Assembly (NCBI GenBank): GCA_963730935.1
Contig: CAVSTP010000002.1
Location: forward strand, 288,001-352,000
Source of the DNA: an uncultured Nitrospiraceae bacterium
Lineage (GTDB): Bacteria > Nitrospirota > Nitrospiria > Nitrospirales > Nitrospiraceae
Direction of reading: 5' to 3'
DNA length: 64,000 nt
Shown in pieces: positions 30,491 to 40,403 of this stretch; positions within the stretch are counted from its first letter, which is position 1; each line of letters starts with the position of its first letter. Under the pieces are notes generated by a model. The model did not search any database. It was not told the DNA's origin and saw only the letters and a list, made by a program, of their open reading frames with translations. The position numbers and the translations under genes were made by a program.

Positions 30491-30540
30491 CTCTCAATCG
30501 CTCTCAGTTTTTCTCAGTACACGGACACTTTACGGACACT
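30491..30540 (+). promoter_or_regulatory. Putative att-arm elements (Xis-type phased repeats and integrase arm sites)
   Basis: YTCTCA at 30491/30501/30511 (10 bp period), ACGGACAC at 30521 and 30532 (11 bp period). Confidence 0.5.
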
Positions 30541-30811
30541 GGTGATAAATACCGCCCTTGATGTTTTCTCTATACGTGGTCAGCACATCGAGATGCTCAA
30601 GGTACTTGGCAACCGCAGCGAATAAAACATTGTACGTCACCAAGTGCAAGAAACTGCGTCTGTCTCATAGCCAGGCCAGAGTAGCTCTCTTGCGAAGAAG
30701 AATGAGGTGTTGAGGTTTTCTCGGCGTGGGTTCCTATCACTGAGCTGTGCAATAAGCGGTCGGTCATTGCACAAGGAGATAGAAGCGACCTGCGGTTTCC
30801 GAATTGCTCTC

Positions 30812-30880
30812 CTAGTCAAAACGATGGTTAGCCCCAACCTAGTTCCAGGGCTTCGTCCAGACAAGATCAGCTATGAAGCC
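30812..30880 (+). repeat. Dispersed non-coding repeat, copy 1 of 3
   Basis: Near-identical to 37355-37426, related to reverse complement of 52790-52873. Confidence 0.85.
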
Positions 30881-31103
30881 GTGAACCGTCGAAGTACAAT
30901 GAAAGAGCTCAGAGGGAACTGACAACATCCCTAAGCACTCATCTCTGAGCCGATTCAAAAAGCTTGCTTGAACAGGCCGTCACCGCTTTCCGCATAAGCG
31001 TCCCCACCAATAGTCCGTCCTCACTTTGGAGGTGAATCCGTACACGCTGAAGCTCGTCGTTCTGCTTGTTAGCATTTGTCGGATATGCCGTCTTTGGCTT
31101 CCA

Positions 31104-31283
31104 TCATCCCTTTCCTTTCGGGAGATGGCCTTTTCGTTCCAAGTCCGCCACGTGATCAACCAGAAGTTGGACGACGTATTTCTGAATGCTTCGCCCTCCG
31201 CTCAAGGCAGCGGCAGCTTTTAATTTGTGCACGAGATCATCTGGGACATTGCGTAGATACAGAACCTTAGGCTTAGTAGCCAT
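31104..31283 (-). CDS. Ribbon-helix-helix protein (FitA/Arc-like)
   Basis: LYLRNVPDDLVHKLKAAAALSGGRSIQKYV pattern. Confidence 0.75.
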   Translation of the reverse strand: MATKPKVLYLRNVPDDLVHKLKAAAALSGGRSIQKYVVQLLVDHVADLERKGHLPKGKG

Positions 31284-31418
31284 GGGCCGGCGATAATATC
31301 GCAACAACTCCGGCCGACACAACTCCTTTACCTGCTCACTAGCAAAGACTATACTATGCTAGCAGATGTCGCAGAGCTGGCATTGATGATAAGCGCTGCG
31401 ATTGTAAGCGAGTGTGAT

Positions 31419-31619
31419 ATGGCGAAGAGCAGCAAGCCGGACTTTCTAACAGAGGAGCGGCTCCTAGCGTGCCTCATGTTCCTGAGCAAACTGCGCAAGA
31501 GCGGCGTGACAAATATGTTCGAAATTCGGCTGAAACTGCGCCATGCATTCCCCGATCTCACGACGCATCAAGCTGCCGAAGTCCTTGCGTACTGGATGTA
31601 CACGTTCGCCGCTGCATGA
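31419..31619 (+). CDS. Small phage-type hypothetical protein
   Basis: LRKSGVTNMF...AAEVLAYWM motif recalled from small phage proteins (DUF5049-like). Confidence 0.6.
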   Translation: MAKSSKPDFLTEERLLACLMFLSKLRKSGVTNMFEIRLKLRHAFPDLTTHQAAEVLAYWMYTFAAA

Positions 31620-31635
31620 CCTGTTCCCGAGAGTC

Positions 31636-31956
31636 ATGATCGAGCGCAGCCATCAGAGATTTCCCGTCTCCCTGTCGGGAGCCCTCTTTGCCTATGACAA
31701 ATCGTGGCCGGATACCATTCGATCGGTAGATCTTTCCCGAACTGGTTGTCGGATTGAAAACACGGTTCAGGTCGTTCCAGGCATGAATATCGCTCTCTTT
31801 CTGTTCCCTCCTGGAGAGGACAGTCCCATCGTTATTCATGACGCCATGGTTCGGTGGTCTGGGGCTGAAGGCATCGGGATCGAATTCCACACTATCGCCG
31901 ACCGCTATCGAGACCATCTAGATCTCCTGATCAATCAACTGAAGCAGCCGCACTAG
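31636..31956 (+). CDS. PilZ domain protein
   Basis: RSHQR, DLSRTG, VRW...GIEF. Confidence 0.85.
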   Translation: MIERSHQRFPVSLSGALFAYDKSWPDTIRSVDLSRTGCRIENTVQVVPGMNIALFLFPPGEDSPIVIHDAMVRWSGAEGIGIEFHTIADRYRDHLDLLINQLKQPH

Positions 31957-32136
31957 CAGCTCAGCAGGATCGACCACTAGGCAGAAGATAAGGCCGCCAA
32001 GGACCATCAACCGCTTGGTCAGTCTGCCTTAGGCCGGAAAGCTACAAAATGGTCTAGTTGCCACTTCTCCAATTTTTTACCTACCTCTTTCAGGGAATAG
32101 CGTCCGCCTTTCCGACTGTTTAGGATTCTGAACAGG

Positions 32137-32379
32137 ATGACCTGGACACATCGGACGCCAAGCATACCTGGGTGGTACTGGATGCTAGACCCCAGTAAAC
32201 AGCCCAATCTGCCCACGATTGTACAAATCGTGTTTGATCGGAAGAACCGTGGTTGGTTGGCGCTTATTCCTGCTTCCCACTACCCCAAGACTTCTGGCAA
32301 GGAGGTAGCGCTTGAAAGTGTGGACGCCATGTGGGCTGGACCTATCGAACTACCTCGGGTTTTGGCATACGCTGCTTAG
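32137..32379 (+). CDS. Hypothetical protein
   Basis: WT...PSIPGWYW...WAGPI Trp-rich small ORF. Confidence 0.6.
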   Translation: MTWTHRTPSIPGWYWMLDPSKQPNLPTIVQIVFDRKNRGWLALIPASHYPKTSGKEVALESVDAMWAGPIELPRVLAYAA

Positions 32380-32543
32380 AAGATGTCGCTGATCACATCC
32401 CGTGTCCGACATGCCTCATTTCTCCATGCCCTCCTCGGCTCATCATCTAGGGCCGTTTTTTGGGCAGTGACATTTTGCTCTTCACCTAGGGTAGTGAGTA
32501 GGTCACTGATATCTCGCACCCTCCTAGACTCCGGTAACAAACG

Positions 32544-32789
32544 ATGGAGGGTGCTTCCTTGATTACTCTATGTGCATGGTGTGAACAAGAGGGAAGGCCA
32601 GCCGTTCTTTACAAGACACGGGATGACTCTTCGGCATCGCGGGAACTCCATTCCCATGGCATTTGCAAGGGACATCGCGATCAATTGCTCAGAGAGATGC
32701 AAATGTCGTTGGCCGACGGACCTTCCTCTCTCGCGAGTAATTCCCTGTCGAATGCCCCCTCCGCTTTTATCGCTCCGCTTCCCGCTTGA
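32544..32789 (+). CDS. Small Zn-binding protein (CAWC...SHGICxxH)
   Basis: Cys/His motif pair. Confidence 0.65.
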   Translation: MEGASLITLCAWCEQEGRPAVLYKTRDDSSASRELHSHGICKGHRDQLLREMQMSLADGPSSLASNSLSNAPSAFIAPLPA

Positions 32790-32886
32790 CGCTGGCCTCT
32801 AATCCCGTCAAACTGTCTTTCCACTGCACACACAACTGCCGACGGCCTCTGGAGGGCCCGACCGCCGACTGAAATAGCGGTGGGCC

Positions 32887-33297
32887 ATGTCTGACGCCAC
32901 TACTGTTCTGCTTATCGACGACGATCCCCACTACCGTGTTTATTACGCACAGCGCCTTTATGCATCGTCATCAAAGTACGATGTGGTCGAAGCAGTTACT
33001 GGCCGATCTGGGTTAGACATCTGCGCAAGGCAACCAATTGATTGTGTCGTGCTCGAGATTGACCTGCCGGACATGTCTGGCTTTGAGGTGTTGGCAAAGC
33101 TCGTTCCCCGTGCCTATCATCCCGAGATCGCCGTGATCATCCTGACAAGGCTCCCCAATCCATTCCTCTTAGATGTCGCAATCAAGAACGGCGCACAGGC
33201 CGCATTGCAAAAGATTGTGGGCAGCGGAGACCTTCTCGCACCATCCATCCTCAGGGCCATTTCGAGGGTGCAAATGCTCCATAGACTCGCTAGTTGA
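32887..33297 (+). CDS. Stand-alone (pseudo)receiver domain protein
   Basis: VLLIDDD, VVLEIDLPDMSG with E at the phospho-Asp position, ILT, K. Confidence 0.85.
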   Translation: MSDATTVLLIDDDPHYRVYYAQRLYASSSKYDVVEAVTGRSGLDICARQPIDCVVLEIDLPDMSGFEVLAKLVPRAYHPEIAVIILTRLPNPFLLDVAIKNGAQAALQKIVGSGDLLAPSILRAISRVQMLHRLAS

Positions 33298-33566
33298 CTG
33301 GTGGAGCGACTACGAGGTCATCGTCGTCGACTATGACTAGCCCCACGTTCGGCGGCTCTTACGAACGAAAAAGCTAGGACCATCGCTGGTGCGGCAGTGA
33401 TCATCAATAAGAAAGAGCGACGCGTTCCAATACTTGTCCGTGTGAACGGCTAGGCTACTTCGGGAGATTTCCTGGTTATTTTCCTAGGGGCGCAAGTTAA
33501 GGCAGCCTAGTATTCTGACACTACCTTAGACTACGGCAGTGGAAACATTGCCGAATCCAAGAGGGG

Positions 33567-33606
33567 GAGCCCGCTCACCGAAAGGGAGGCGGGCTCTTTG
33601 TTTTTC
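33567..33606 (+). terminator. Intrinsic terminator
   Basis: GAGCCCGC...GCGGGCTC stem followed by TTTGTTTTT. Confidence 0.75.
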
Positions 33607-33681
33607 TTGCCGGCTCGCATCTTGTGCACGCCGCACAGTCAACTATAATGGGAATTATACGTAGCCTGGGAGATACCGCTC

Positions 33682-34329
33682 TTGCACACGAATGAGATCA
33701 AGATACTATTAGCTGATGACCATCCACTTGTTCTTGAGAGTGTCAGCAAGCTGCTCGAACGGGACTTCAGAATCGTAGATACTGTTCAAAACCCCGGCGA
33801 GATCATCGCTCGCGCCCTTCAGCACCAGCCGGACGTTATTCTCTTAGATGTCCGTATGCCTGGATTAAGCGGGTTTACGGCTACCAGAGAAGTAAAGAAG
33901 GTGCTTCCCAAGGTGAAAGTAATTTTGGTGACGATGCTGACCGAAGCTATTGCCATTAGCGAGGCGTTTCGCGCAGGAGCGAGCGGCTATGTCTTAAAGC
34001 AGTCGGCGGGCGAAGAATTGCGTGTAGCGATTGAGACTGTACTCGCCAACAAACGTTTCCTCTCAGAGAAAATTGCGCCAGAAGTGCGCGAGGCATTGGA
34101 ACACGAATGGTTCAGGCCGGAAGGCTATTCCAGTGATTTGACTGACCGGCAGAAAGAAGTCTTGGTGTTGCTGGCGCAAGGACGGTCCGCCCAGGCCATT
34201 GCTGAACAACTCAATATTTCAAAGAAAACGGTGGAGTTTCATAGAGCGAATATTACGAGGAAACTCGGTGTCCATACGACCTCCGAGCTTATCAAGTTCG
34301 CGCTATCACAAGGACTTACCTCACTGTGA
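33682..34329 (+). CDS. NarL/LuxR-family response regulator
   Basis: LADDH, LLDVRMP REC domain plus LTDRQKEVL...TVEFHRANITRKLG LuxR HTH; TTG start. Confidence 0.93.
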   Translation: MHTNEIKILLADDHPLVLESVSKLLERDFRIVDTVQNPGEIIARALQHQPDVILLDVRMPGLSGFTATREVKKVLPKVKVILVTMLTEAIAISEAFRAGASGYVLKQSAGEELRVAIETVLANKRFLSEKIAPEVREALEHEWFRPEGYSSDLTDRQKEVLVLLAQGRSAQAIAEQLNISKKTVEFHRANITRKLGVHTTSELIKFALSQGLTSL

Positions 34330-34528
34330 TGAGCCCTATGAACCGCCTTCCCGTGTGCCACCGTTCCGCAGCCTGTATTAGCATTGACGCCACCATCGCA
34401 TTATCTCCAATTCCCCAGATTATGTACTGCTTGAGGCCCGGTGCTTCAACGCTCCTGCTTTGGGATTGTAAGATTCCACGTAGTTTGAATCCTACATAGG
34501 CCCGCATAAACTGGAAGAGTGAGTAACG

Positions 34529-34924
34529 CTAAGCGAAGTTTTTGAACGATGCTTGTTGGTGTCTGATGGCCTCGTGAATGGACGGACGCAGACTTTCGAA
34601 CAGGTCAGCCTTATTAAGTAACGCTGTCGCTCCAGCAGCAAAGATCAGCTCTTTTTCTGAATCGCGTGTTTCGCCAGCCGTAAGGATAATGACCGCCGTT
34701 CCGGGGTTACGGAGCCTGATCAATTTGGCTGCTTCGATTCCGTTTAACATTGGAAGGTTTATGTCAATGATGACCACAGAAGGCTGCAATTCTGTCGGTT
34801 TCGTTACCGCATCTTCACCATTTTCTGCTTCTCCGACGACAGGGAGATCCGCGTAAGCCTCTAACATCTCCCGGAGGATAAGCCTCATTTGTGGATGATC
34901 ATCGACGAGGAGAACAGGAATCAC
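34529..34924 (-). CDS. Stand-alone receiver domain protein
   Basis: LLVDDH, IIDINLP, LLNK. Confidence 0.85.
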   Translation of the reverse strand: MIPVLLVDDHPQMRLILREMLEAYADLPVVGEAENGEDAVTKPTELQPSVVIIDINLPMLNGIEAAKLIRLRNPGTAVIILTAGETRDSEKELIFAAGATALLNKADLFESLRPSIHEAIRHQQASFKNFA

Positions 34925-35390
34925 GAGCGATGCCCCAATAAGGTAGAATCCTGACGCGTAGTAAGCGCTCTTTCATACCTCTTCGTAAACGATCCAAAAG
35001 AATTACGATTAAGTACGTAAAAACGTAAAAAGGCGCCCGCTCACGGCTTGCGTCGCATCTCCCACCGTTCCGCCTGCTGGATGAGCTGCGACACCACCTG
35101 GGCCGAGTCCCCAATCCCACGGATTTGCAAGAGTCGCTTCAGTAGAGTTCTTTTTTTGATGTGGAAAATTCTGATTTGGCGACATCTCACTATAACCAAG
35201 CCATGCCCTCCCGCCGCCCCCCACCCATATCAAGCCTCCTCCGTTTCTAAAGACGGAATAGTCCTCTGCCTACAATGCTGTAGGCCAAAGGAGTATTGGC
35301 CTGTAACCCATTGGTATACTTGAAGAAAAATACGTAGCGGTATATGTTTTTACATGTACAGTTCCCTGACCCTTTTTTGAAGGGAGAGCT

Positions 35391-35774
35391 ATGGCACCTA
35401 TACGCGTGCTGCTCGTAGATGATGAATCCATGGTCCGCGGGATTCTAAAGCAAATCCTTAAAACACACCCCGATATGGAGTTGGTTGGCGAAGCAGCGAC
35501 CGGCTATGAAGCTGTGGCTGCCGCGGAGAGACTTCAACCGGACATTGTGATTATGGATATTCGGATGCCTGGATTGGATGGAATTGCCGCGGCTCGGGAG
35601 ATCAGGGATAAGTATCCGCAGATAAAAATTATCGGCTTGTCAGAATATGCGTACGGATACAACACAGATGCGATGGAAAAGGCTGGAGCTGTTGGTGTCT
35701 ATCAAAAATCGATGGCTTTGGAGGAACTCTACCCGGCAATTAAGAAAGTCTCAGCTATTCATTTGACCACATAA
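35391..35774 (+). CDS. Stand-alone receiver domain protein
   Basis: LLVDDE, IMDIRMP, GLS, YQK. Confidence 0.88.
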   Translation: MAPIRVLLVDDESMVRGILKQILKTHPDMELVGEAATGYEAVAAAERLQPDIVIMDIRMPGLDGIAAAREIRDKYPQIKIIGLSEYAYGYNTDAMEKAGAVGVYQKSMALEELYPAIKKVSAIHLTT

Positions 35775-36052
35775 GCGACAAACTTCCGCCCCGGTGATTC
35801 ATCCAGCCGCAAAAGCTACCATCGCCACTCTCCACTAACTGACACATGCTTCTCTTGAGTAGCGAATGCTCTTCTTAGCGAAGTGAGGCGAACGTAGGGA
35901 GGGGGTCGCACTCCTTGTCAATCGCTTTTGTCTGGCAGGCTTGTTAGTCCTTCTCCAGGTTTCAGGTGTTTTACCGTGATCTTCACCCAGTGACAACCTG
36001 GAGAAATAAGAGGGGTATGTTACAGCGCCCTTGACCACTTATACTGTGCGTC

Positions 36053-36245
36053 ATGCACCTGGCGAAGACGATCACGCGCTTGCGGCTCGCACGAGGGCTG
36101 ACGCAAACGGCGCTCGCCAAGAAGATCGGCGTCAGTCAGGCGTTCATCGCGCAGTTGAAAACGGGTGCTGAGACAACCCGACGCTCGATACCCTGACGCA
36201 CTTGCGAAGGCGTTGCAGGTCAAGCTGAGCACGTTGGTGGACTAA
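36053..36245 (+). pseudogene. XRE-family HTH regulator with two frameshifts
   Basis: MHLAKTITRLRLARGLTQTALAKKIGVSQAFIAQL, then DNPTLDTL and LAKALQVKLSTLVD in shifted frames. Confidence 0.75.
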
Positions 36246-36268
36246 CAACCAGGAGGGCAAAGATCGCG

Positions 36269-37135
36269 ATGCGAGTCATCTCTCTCATATTGCTGCTGCT
36301 CAGTGGCTGTGGCGACGGTGGCATGACAACCCCCCCGCAGCCAGCATCACAACCAGCACCCCAACAACCCGCCCCCCAACCCGTGAGCCAACCGTCCGCT
36401 CCCGCCGTGACGCCCACGGCCAACGCGGGGCCAGATCAAACGGTCAAAGCTGCGGACCGGGTGACGCTCAAGGGGACCATCAGCCCTGCGGATGCCCCGG
36501 TCTGCTGGCAGATCGTGAGTATCCCTGCGCACAGTCAGATGATCCTGCGAGAGGACGAGGACGACCAACTGACGGCCAGGTTCACCGCCGGATTGCCGGG
36601 CGACTACATCATCAAACTCGGGTGTACCGCGCCCACCGATCCGTTCGATACCGTCAAGATCACGGCAGAAGAAACCCTGGTCACCCTCAAGTTTAGCGCG
36701 ACCCTGGGGACCACTGGCAAGGTCGAAGGGACGTTCAGTTATGTCCCGACACAAGGGCCAGTCGAAACCAACATCAGAGGCCTCAAGCCGAATGTCCGCT
36801 ATCAGCTGCGCTCGTGGCAGTTCGTGGTCGAACCCGGCGACGTGACGCTGGTGCCTGCGACGGAGTACAACAGCCACAAGACGACGGACAGCGCAGAATT
36901 CTGTCAGGGCATCTGTGTGTTTGCGTCAGGCAACACCGTGACCCTGATTCACAAGAATGAGACGGAGTACGTGCTGCAGATTTACTTCAACACGGCTGAT
37001 CCCACCCTCGACACGAATCCCCCAGCGTCACGCGCGGAGTGGGGCAGTCCGCTAGAGGCCACGTATCGAATCCCGTGCCCGGTGTGTGTGCCGCTGGTAA
37101 CTTTGGGGAATGTCACGTTACAGCCAAGTGAATAA
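36269..37135 (+). CDS. Lipoprotein with Pro/Gln linker and PKD-like domain
   Basis: Lipobox LSGC, QPA repeats, PTANAGPDQTV; AGGAGG SD. Confidence 0.8.
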   Translation: MRVISLILLLLSGCGDGGMTTPPQPASQPAPQQPAPQPVSQPSAPAVTPTANAGPDQTVKAADRVTLKGTISPADAPVCWQIVSIPAHSQMILREDEDDQLTARFTAGLPGDYIIKLGCTAPTDPFDTVKITAEETLVTLKFSATLGTTGKVEGTFSYVPTQGPVETNIRGLKPNVRYQLRSWQFVVEPGDVTLVPATEYNSHKTTDSAEFCQGICVFASGNTVTLIHKNETEYVLQIYFNTADPTLDTNPPASRAEWGSPLEATYRIPCPVCVPLVTLGNVTLQPSE

Positions 37136-37354
37136 CCTGAAAGGAGCGAAAAATATCTCGACGCTCCTTCACATGCTAAGTGAAACACGCCTACCCCCCG
37201 CCCCAGCCTTTTTGGTTCGTGCGCAACATGCACTACCGGTAGCCGTACCCACCCCCCGGCATGACTTGGCGCAAGGGTGTACCCCGTGCTCTATCCCGTC
37301 GGTTCATCACGCCCATATCATGACACTGAGCAGATCACAACGCCTCGCCCTCAA

Positions 37355-37426
37355 CTAGTCAAAACGATGGTTAGCGCCAACCCTAGTTCCAGGGCTTCGT
37401 CCAGATCAGATTGGCTATGAAGCCCT
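37355..37426 (+). repeat. Dispersed non-coding repeat, copy 2 of 3
   Basis: Matches 30812-30880; AGGGCTTCGT/ATGAAGCCCT stem. Confidence 0.85.
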
Positions 37427-37547
37427 CCTAGTGAAACCTCAGAATTCGGAAATACGATACTCATAGGGATAAACCCAGTGTCGAATCCGTGCGCACTGGC
37501 GGTCTCGCCCATAGGCGACCGGAGGCGATTCGACGTAACCTTGAGGT

Positions 37548-37712
37548 ATGCACAACCAACCCACCATGCGGTGCGGAAAGTGCCAAGGGACTCTTCGAGT
37601 TGAGAAAACCATTGAACTGCTCACCGGACTGGTCATCGAGCAGTACGTGTGCTTCAACTGTGGGCGGCGTTCGGAATGCGCGAAGCCGCGACCGATGACC
37701 ACCGCCGCTTAA
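37548..37712 (+). CDS. 54-aa zinc-ribbon microprotein (not in ORF track)
   Basis: MHNQPTMRCGKCQGTLRVEKTIELLTGLVIEQYVCFNCGRR...; GAGGT upstream. Confidence 0.65.
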   Translation: MHNQPTMRCGKCQGTLRVEKTIELLTGLVIEQYVCFNCGRRSECAKPRPMTTAA

Positions 37713-37740
37713 TCGAGACTCCTGGCCAAGGAGGACGACG

Positions 37741-37905
37741 ATGCCATACGAAAACGAAAACGAGCGCGTGGCCGACGTTGACGGGGAAAGTCTGCTGTGC
37801 TGGGAATCCGAGAGCTTCCTCCGACCCGAGACGACAATTGATCTGCACGCCGGTTCCTTCGAGACGCTGCCTTTGTCTCCGCTCGTTGGTAGGTTTGAAG
37901 TATGA
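37741..37905 (+). CDS. Acidic 54-aa microprotein (not in ORF track)
   Basis: AAGGAGG SD; stop overlaps the next start (ATGA). Confidence 0.5.
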   Translation: MPYENENERVADVDGESLLCWESESFLRPETTIDLHAGSFETLPLSPLVGRFEV

Positions 37906-38267
37906 ATCGTACATTGAGTCTCCCAGTCCAAGAGCTCATTCGCGCATCTGAGCGAGTCCTTGTGTTCGTTACTAACCATAAGGGCTTGCCCAAAGATGAC
38001 TTCGAGGCGATCTTGTCTTGTGCTTATGAACTCATACATGACATCAAATCGAGCCGCCCGTCCTCCTCTCAAAAGGTTCAAGTTTGTCTTCTCTTTTGTC
38101 TTTGCTGTCGGCTCGTTCGTGACGAGCAAGAACCTGTCGATGCGCCCTGGATCACACAACAGACCTATCAACAAAGCACTGGGATCGATCCAACCGATTG
38201 CCTTTTGATTCACACCTACTGTCCTGTGTGCTATCAATACCGGCAATACCTCCCAAAAGCCGCGTGA
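37902..38267 (+). CDS. Protein with C-terminal CxxC...HxxCxxC Zn domain
   Basis: CLCCRLVRD...W...Y...HTYCPVC. Confidence 0.65.
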   Translation: MNRTLSLPVQELIRASERVLVFVTNHKGLPKDDFEAILSCAYELIHDIKSSRPSSSQKVQVCLLFCLCCRLVRDEQEPVDAPWITQQTYQQSTGIDPTDCLLIHTYCPVCYQYRQYLPKAA

Positions 38268-38287
38268 CGTCGGCCGGAACGGAGTTT

Positions 38288-38620
38288 ATGACCACATCAG
38301 AAGCGGTTCGCCTAAGAAAGCGGTGGAAAATTTTGAAGTATCCAATTAAATGCCAACATAGGGTGAATCTGTTAGAACGAAGTGATAAGGGGCACCTCAC
38401 CGGTAATTATGTATGCTCGACTTGCGGCGAAGTGCTGATCCCAAGGATCTACCCGACTGAAGACCGCGAAGCGAAGCAGCGTGTGAGCAAGGCGCTGGTC
38501 CAGCACCCACTAGTGCTCTTGGACCAGCAACTCAAGCGCCTGGTCAAGGAGGTCACCATGCTGCACAAAGACAGGTCCGACGGTTACCGCTCTTGTGCTG
38601 CTGGGAACCGTCGAAACTAG
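38288..38620 (+). CDS. Small Zn-ribbon-like protein
   Basis: KCQH...TGNYVCSTCG; GGAG SD. Confidence 0.55.
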   Translation: MTTSEAVRLRKRWKILKYPIKCQHRVNLLERSDKGHLTGNYVCSTCGEVLIPRIYPTEDREAKQRVSKALVQHPLVLLDQQLKRLVKEVTMLHKDRSDGYRSCAAGNRRN

Positions 38621-38688
38621 TTGTTTTTGTTAAGGCGTCATCAAGCTCGAGTACGAGGACCTTCTACATACTGCCCTTTGGTCTTGAA

Positions 38689-38922
38689 ATGTCAGGCCCG
38701 CAAAGTACCGCCGCGCGTCTCGCTGATCTGTTCCGTGTCCGTGGCAGCATTCCACAGCATCCCGCAACATCGCGCCGAGCACTGTCCAAACCAAAATGTC
38801 GGTGCGTGTGGCAACGTGTAACACGCCGCCGATGGTTGGCCCATCTGGTGAGCTGGTTGGGATGGTATCCATGGCAGTGCAAGCGATGCCGGGCTCGCTC
38901 CTATTTCCGTTCCCGATTCTAA
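38689..38922 (+). CDS. Small Cys-containing protein
   Basis: KCRC...LGWYPWQCKRC motif. Confidence 0.45.
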   Translation: MSGPQSTAARLADLFRVRGSIPQHPATSRRALSKPKCRCVWQRVTRRRWLAHLVSWLGWYPWQCKRCRARSYFRSRF

Positions 38923-39239
38923 AGCGGGGCAACGACACAATCCCCGTGCTTAATTTGATAGATCCAGTCCCAGTCATCGAAGGGCTGTGGCTGCTGAACC
39001 AAGGACATCGGTTGCCGAATAACCATGTGACCCCATAACAACTGCTTTGGTTATCTGCCTGGTCTCGGTAACCTCAAAGTTCTCCGTCGATGTGCTTCTT
39101 AGGCGCATAGGCTTGATCGCTCTCACCTAGATGCCGACGGCCTCTGGAGGGCCCGACCGCTGCCGCACCAGCGATCGTCATGTCTTTTTCGTCTTCGCGG
39201 GGATCGCCCGCGGTCAACCCCAATGATCGCGGTAAACGG

Positions 39240-40376
39240 CTATGCGGCGACTGGTAGCGTGAATGAAAATTTACTGCCACGGCCCGGCTCACTCTCTACC
39301 CAGATATTGCCACCATGTAGTTCCACGAGACTCTTACTCACCGCCAAGCCCAGGCCGGCGCCTTCTTGCACGGGAGAGGGAGCACGATGGAATTTGAGAA
39401 ATACTTTCTCTTCATGACCGGCCGGGATGCCGCAGCCGGTATCTGCGACCGTGATGGTGACTTTGTCAGTGCCGGTCAGATGCGATTGCACTACGACCTC
39501 GCCGCGCGGAGGAGTGAACTTTAGCGCATTATGGAAGAGGTTGTGCAATACTTGTACAACTTTACCGCGATCAGCTCTCACAGGCGTGTCCATCACCGCC
39601 GAGGCACAAATAGCGATCCCTTTCTTTCGCGCGAGGCATTCAAAATCCCTCACCACGTCAGTAATGACCTCGGACACCGATACGGTATCGAGTTCTAAAC
39701 GCATGTGCCCGGCCTCTATGCGGGAGATGTCCAACATCATATTGACTAACCGGATCACACGGTCCGTATTGGAGCCGATGCGAGTAAGATAGTAGAAGAC
39801 CTTCTCTGGCAGCTCACCCGCGACGCCTTCGAATAAGTTGTCGATGAGCGCCTTGATGGCAGTCAGGGGAGAGCGTAGCTCGTGCGTGGCGACCGTCGTT
39901 GATAGGGATTTGTCTAGCGCTTCTTTCTTGGCCTGTTCCAGGCGTAGCACGGTCTCGTGTAGATGATCCTCCAATTGCTTGCGGTCGGTCATGTCTCGTG
40001 TGATTTTTGCATATCCCTTTATTTCTCCCTTTTTATTGTACAGCGCCGTAATGACGACAGAGGCCCAGAAGCGCGAGCCATTTTTTCTGACGCGCCAGCC
40101 TTCATCGGTGACTCGACCAGCGACTGCCGCTTGGGATAGCAACATGCCAGGCTTCCCCGTTTCGATGTCGGATGGCACATAAAAGCGAGAGAAGGACTGT
40201 CCTACGATTTCCTCGGCTCGATAGCCCTTCATCATCTCAGCGCCGAGATTCCACGTTTTCACAATTCCTTCGGGGTTCATCACGAAAATGGCATAGTCCT
40301 TAATGCTTTCGAAGAGTAAGCGAAACGTCTCTTCACTCTGACTTTCAATAGAGGGCCTGTTTTGTTCGTCTGCCAT
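39240..40376 (-). CDS. PAS-domain sensor histidine kinase
   Basis: PAS ([27 protein letters not shown]), THELRSPL H-box, NALKF, DTGCGI, GAGLGL. Confidence 0.95.
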   Translation of the reverse strand: MADEQNRPSIESQSEETFRLLFESIKDYAIFVMNPEGIVKTWNLGAEMMKGYRAEEIVGQSFSRFYVPSDIETGKPGMLLSQAAVAGRVTDEGWRVRKNGSRFWASVVITALYNKKGEIKGYAKITRDMTDRKQLEDHLHETVLRLEQAKKEALDKSLSTTVATHELRSPLTAIKALIDNLFEGVAGELPEKVFYYLTRIGSNTDRVIRLVNMMLDISRIEAGHMRLELDTVSVSEVITDVVRDFECLARKKGIAICASAVMDTPVRADRGKVVQVLHNLFHNALKFTPPRGEVVVQSHLTGTDKVTITVADTGCGIPAGHEEKVFLKFHRAPSPVQEGAGLGLAVSKSLVELHGGNIWVESEPGRGSKFSFTLPVAA

Positions 40377-40403
40377 GGTAAACAGCCTCGTGGATCCGAT
40401 CCA

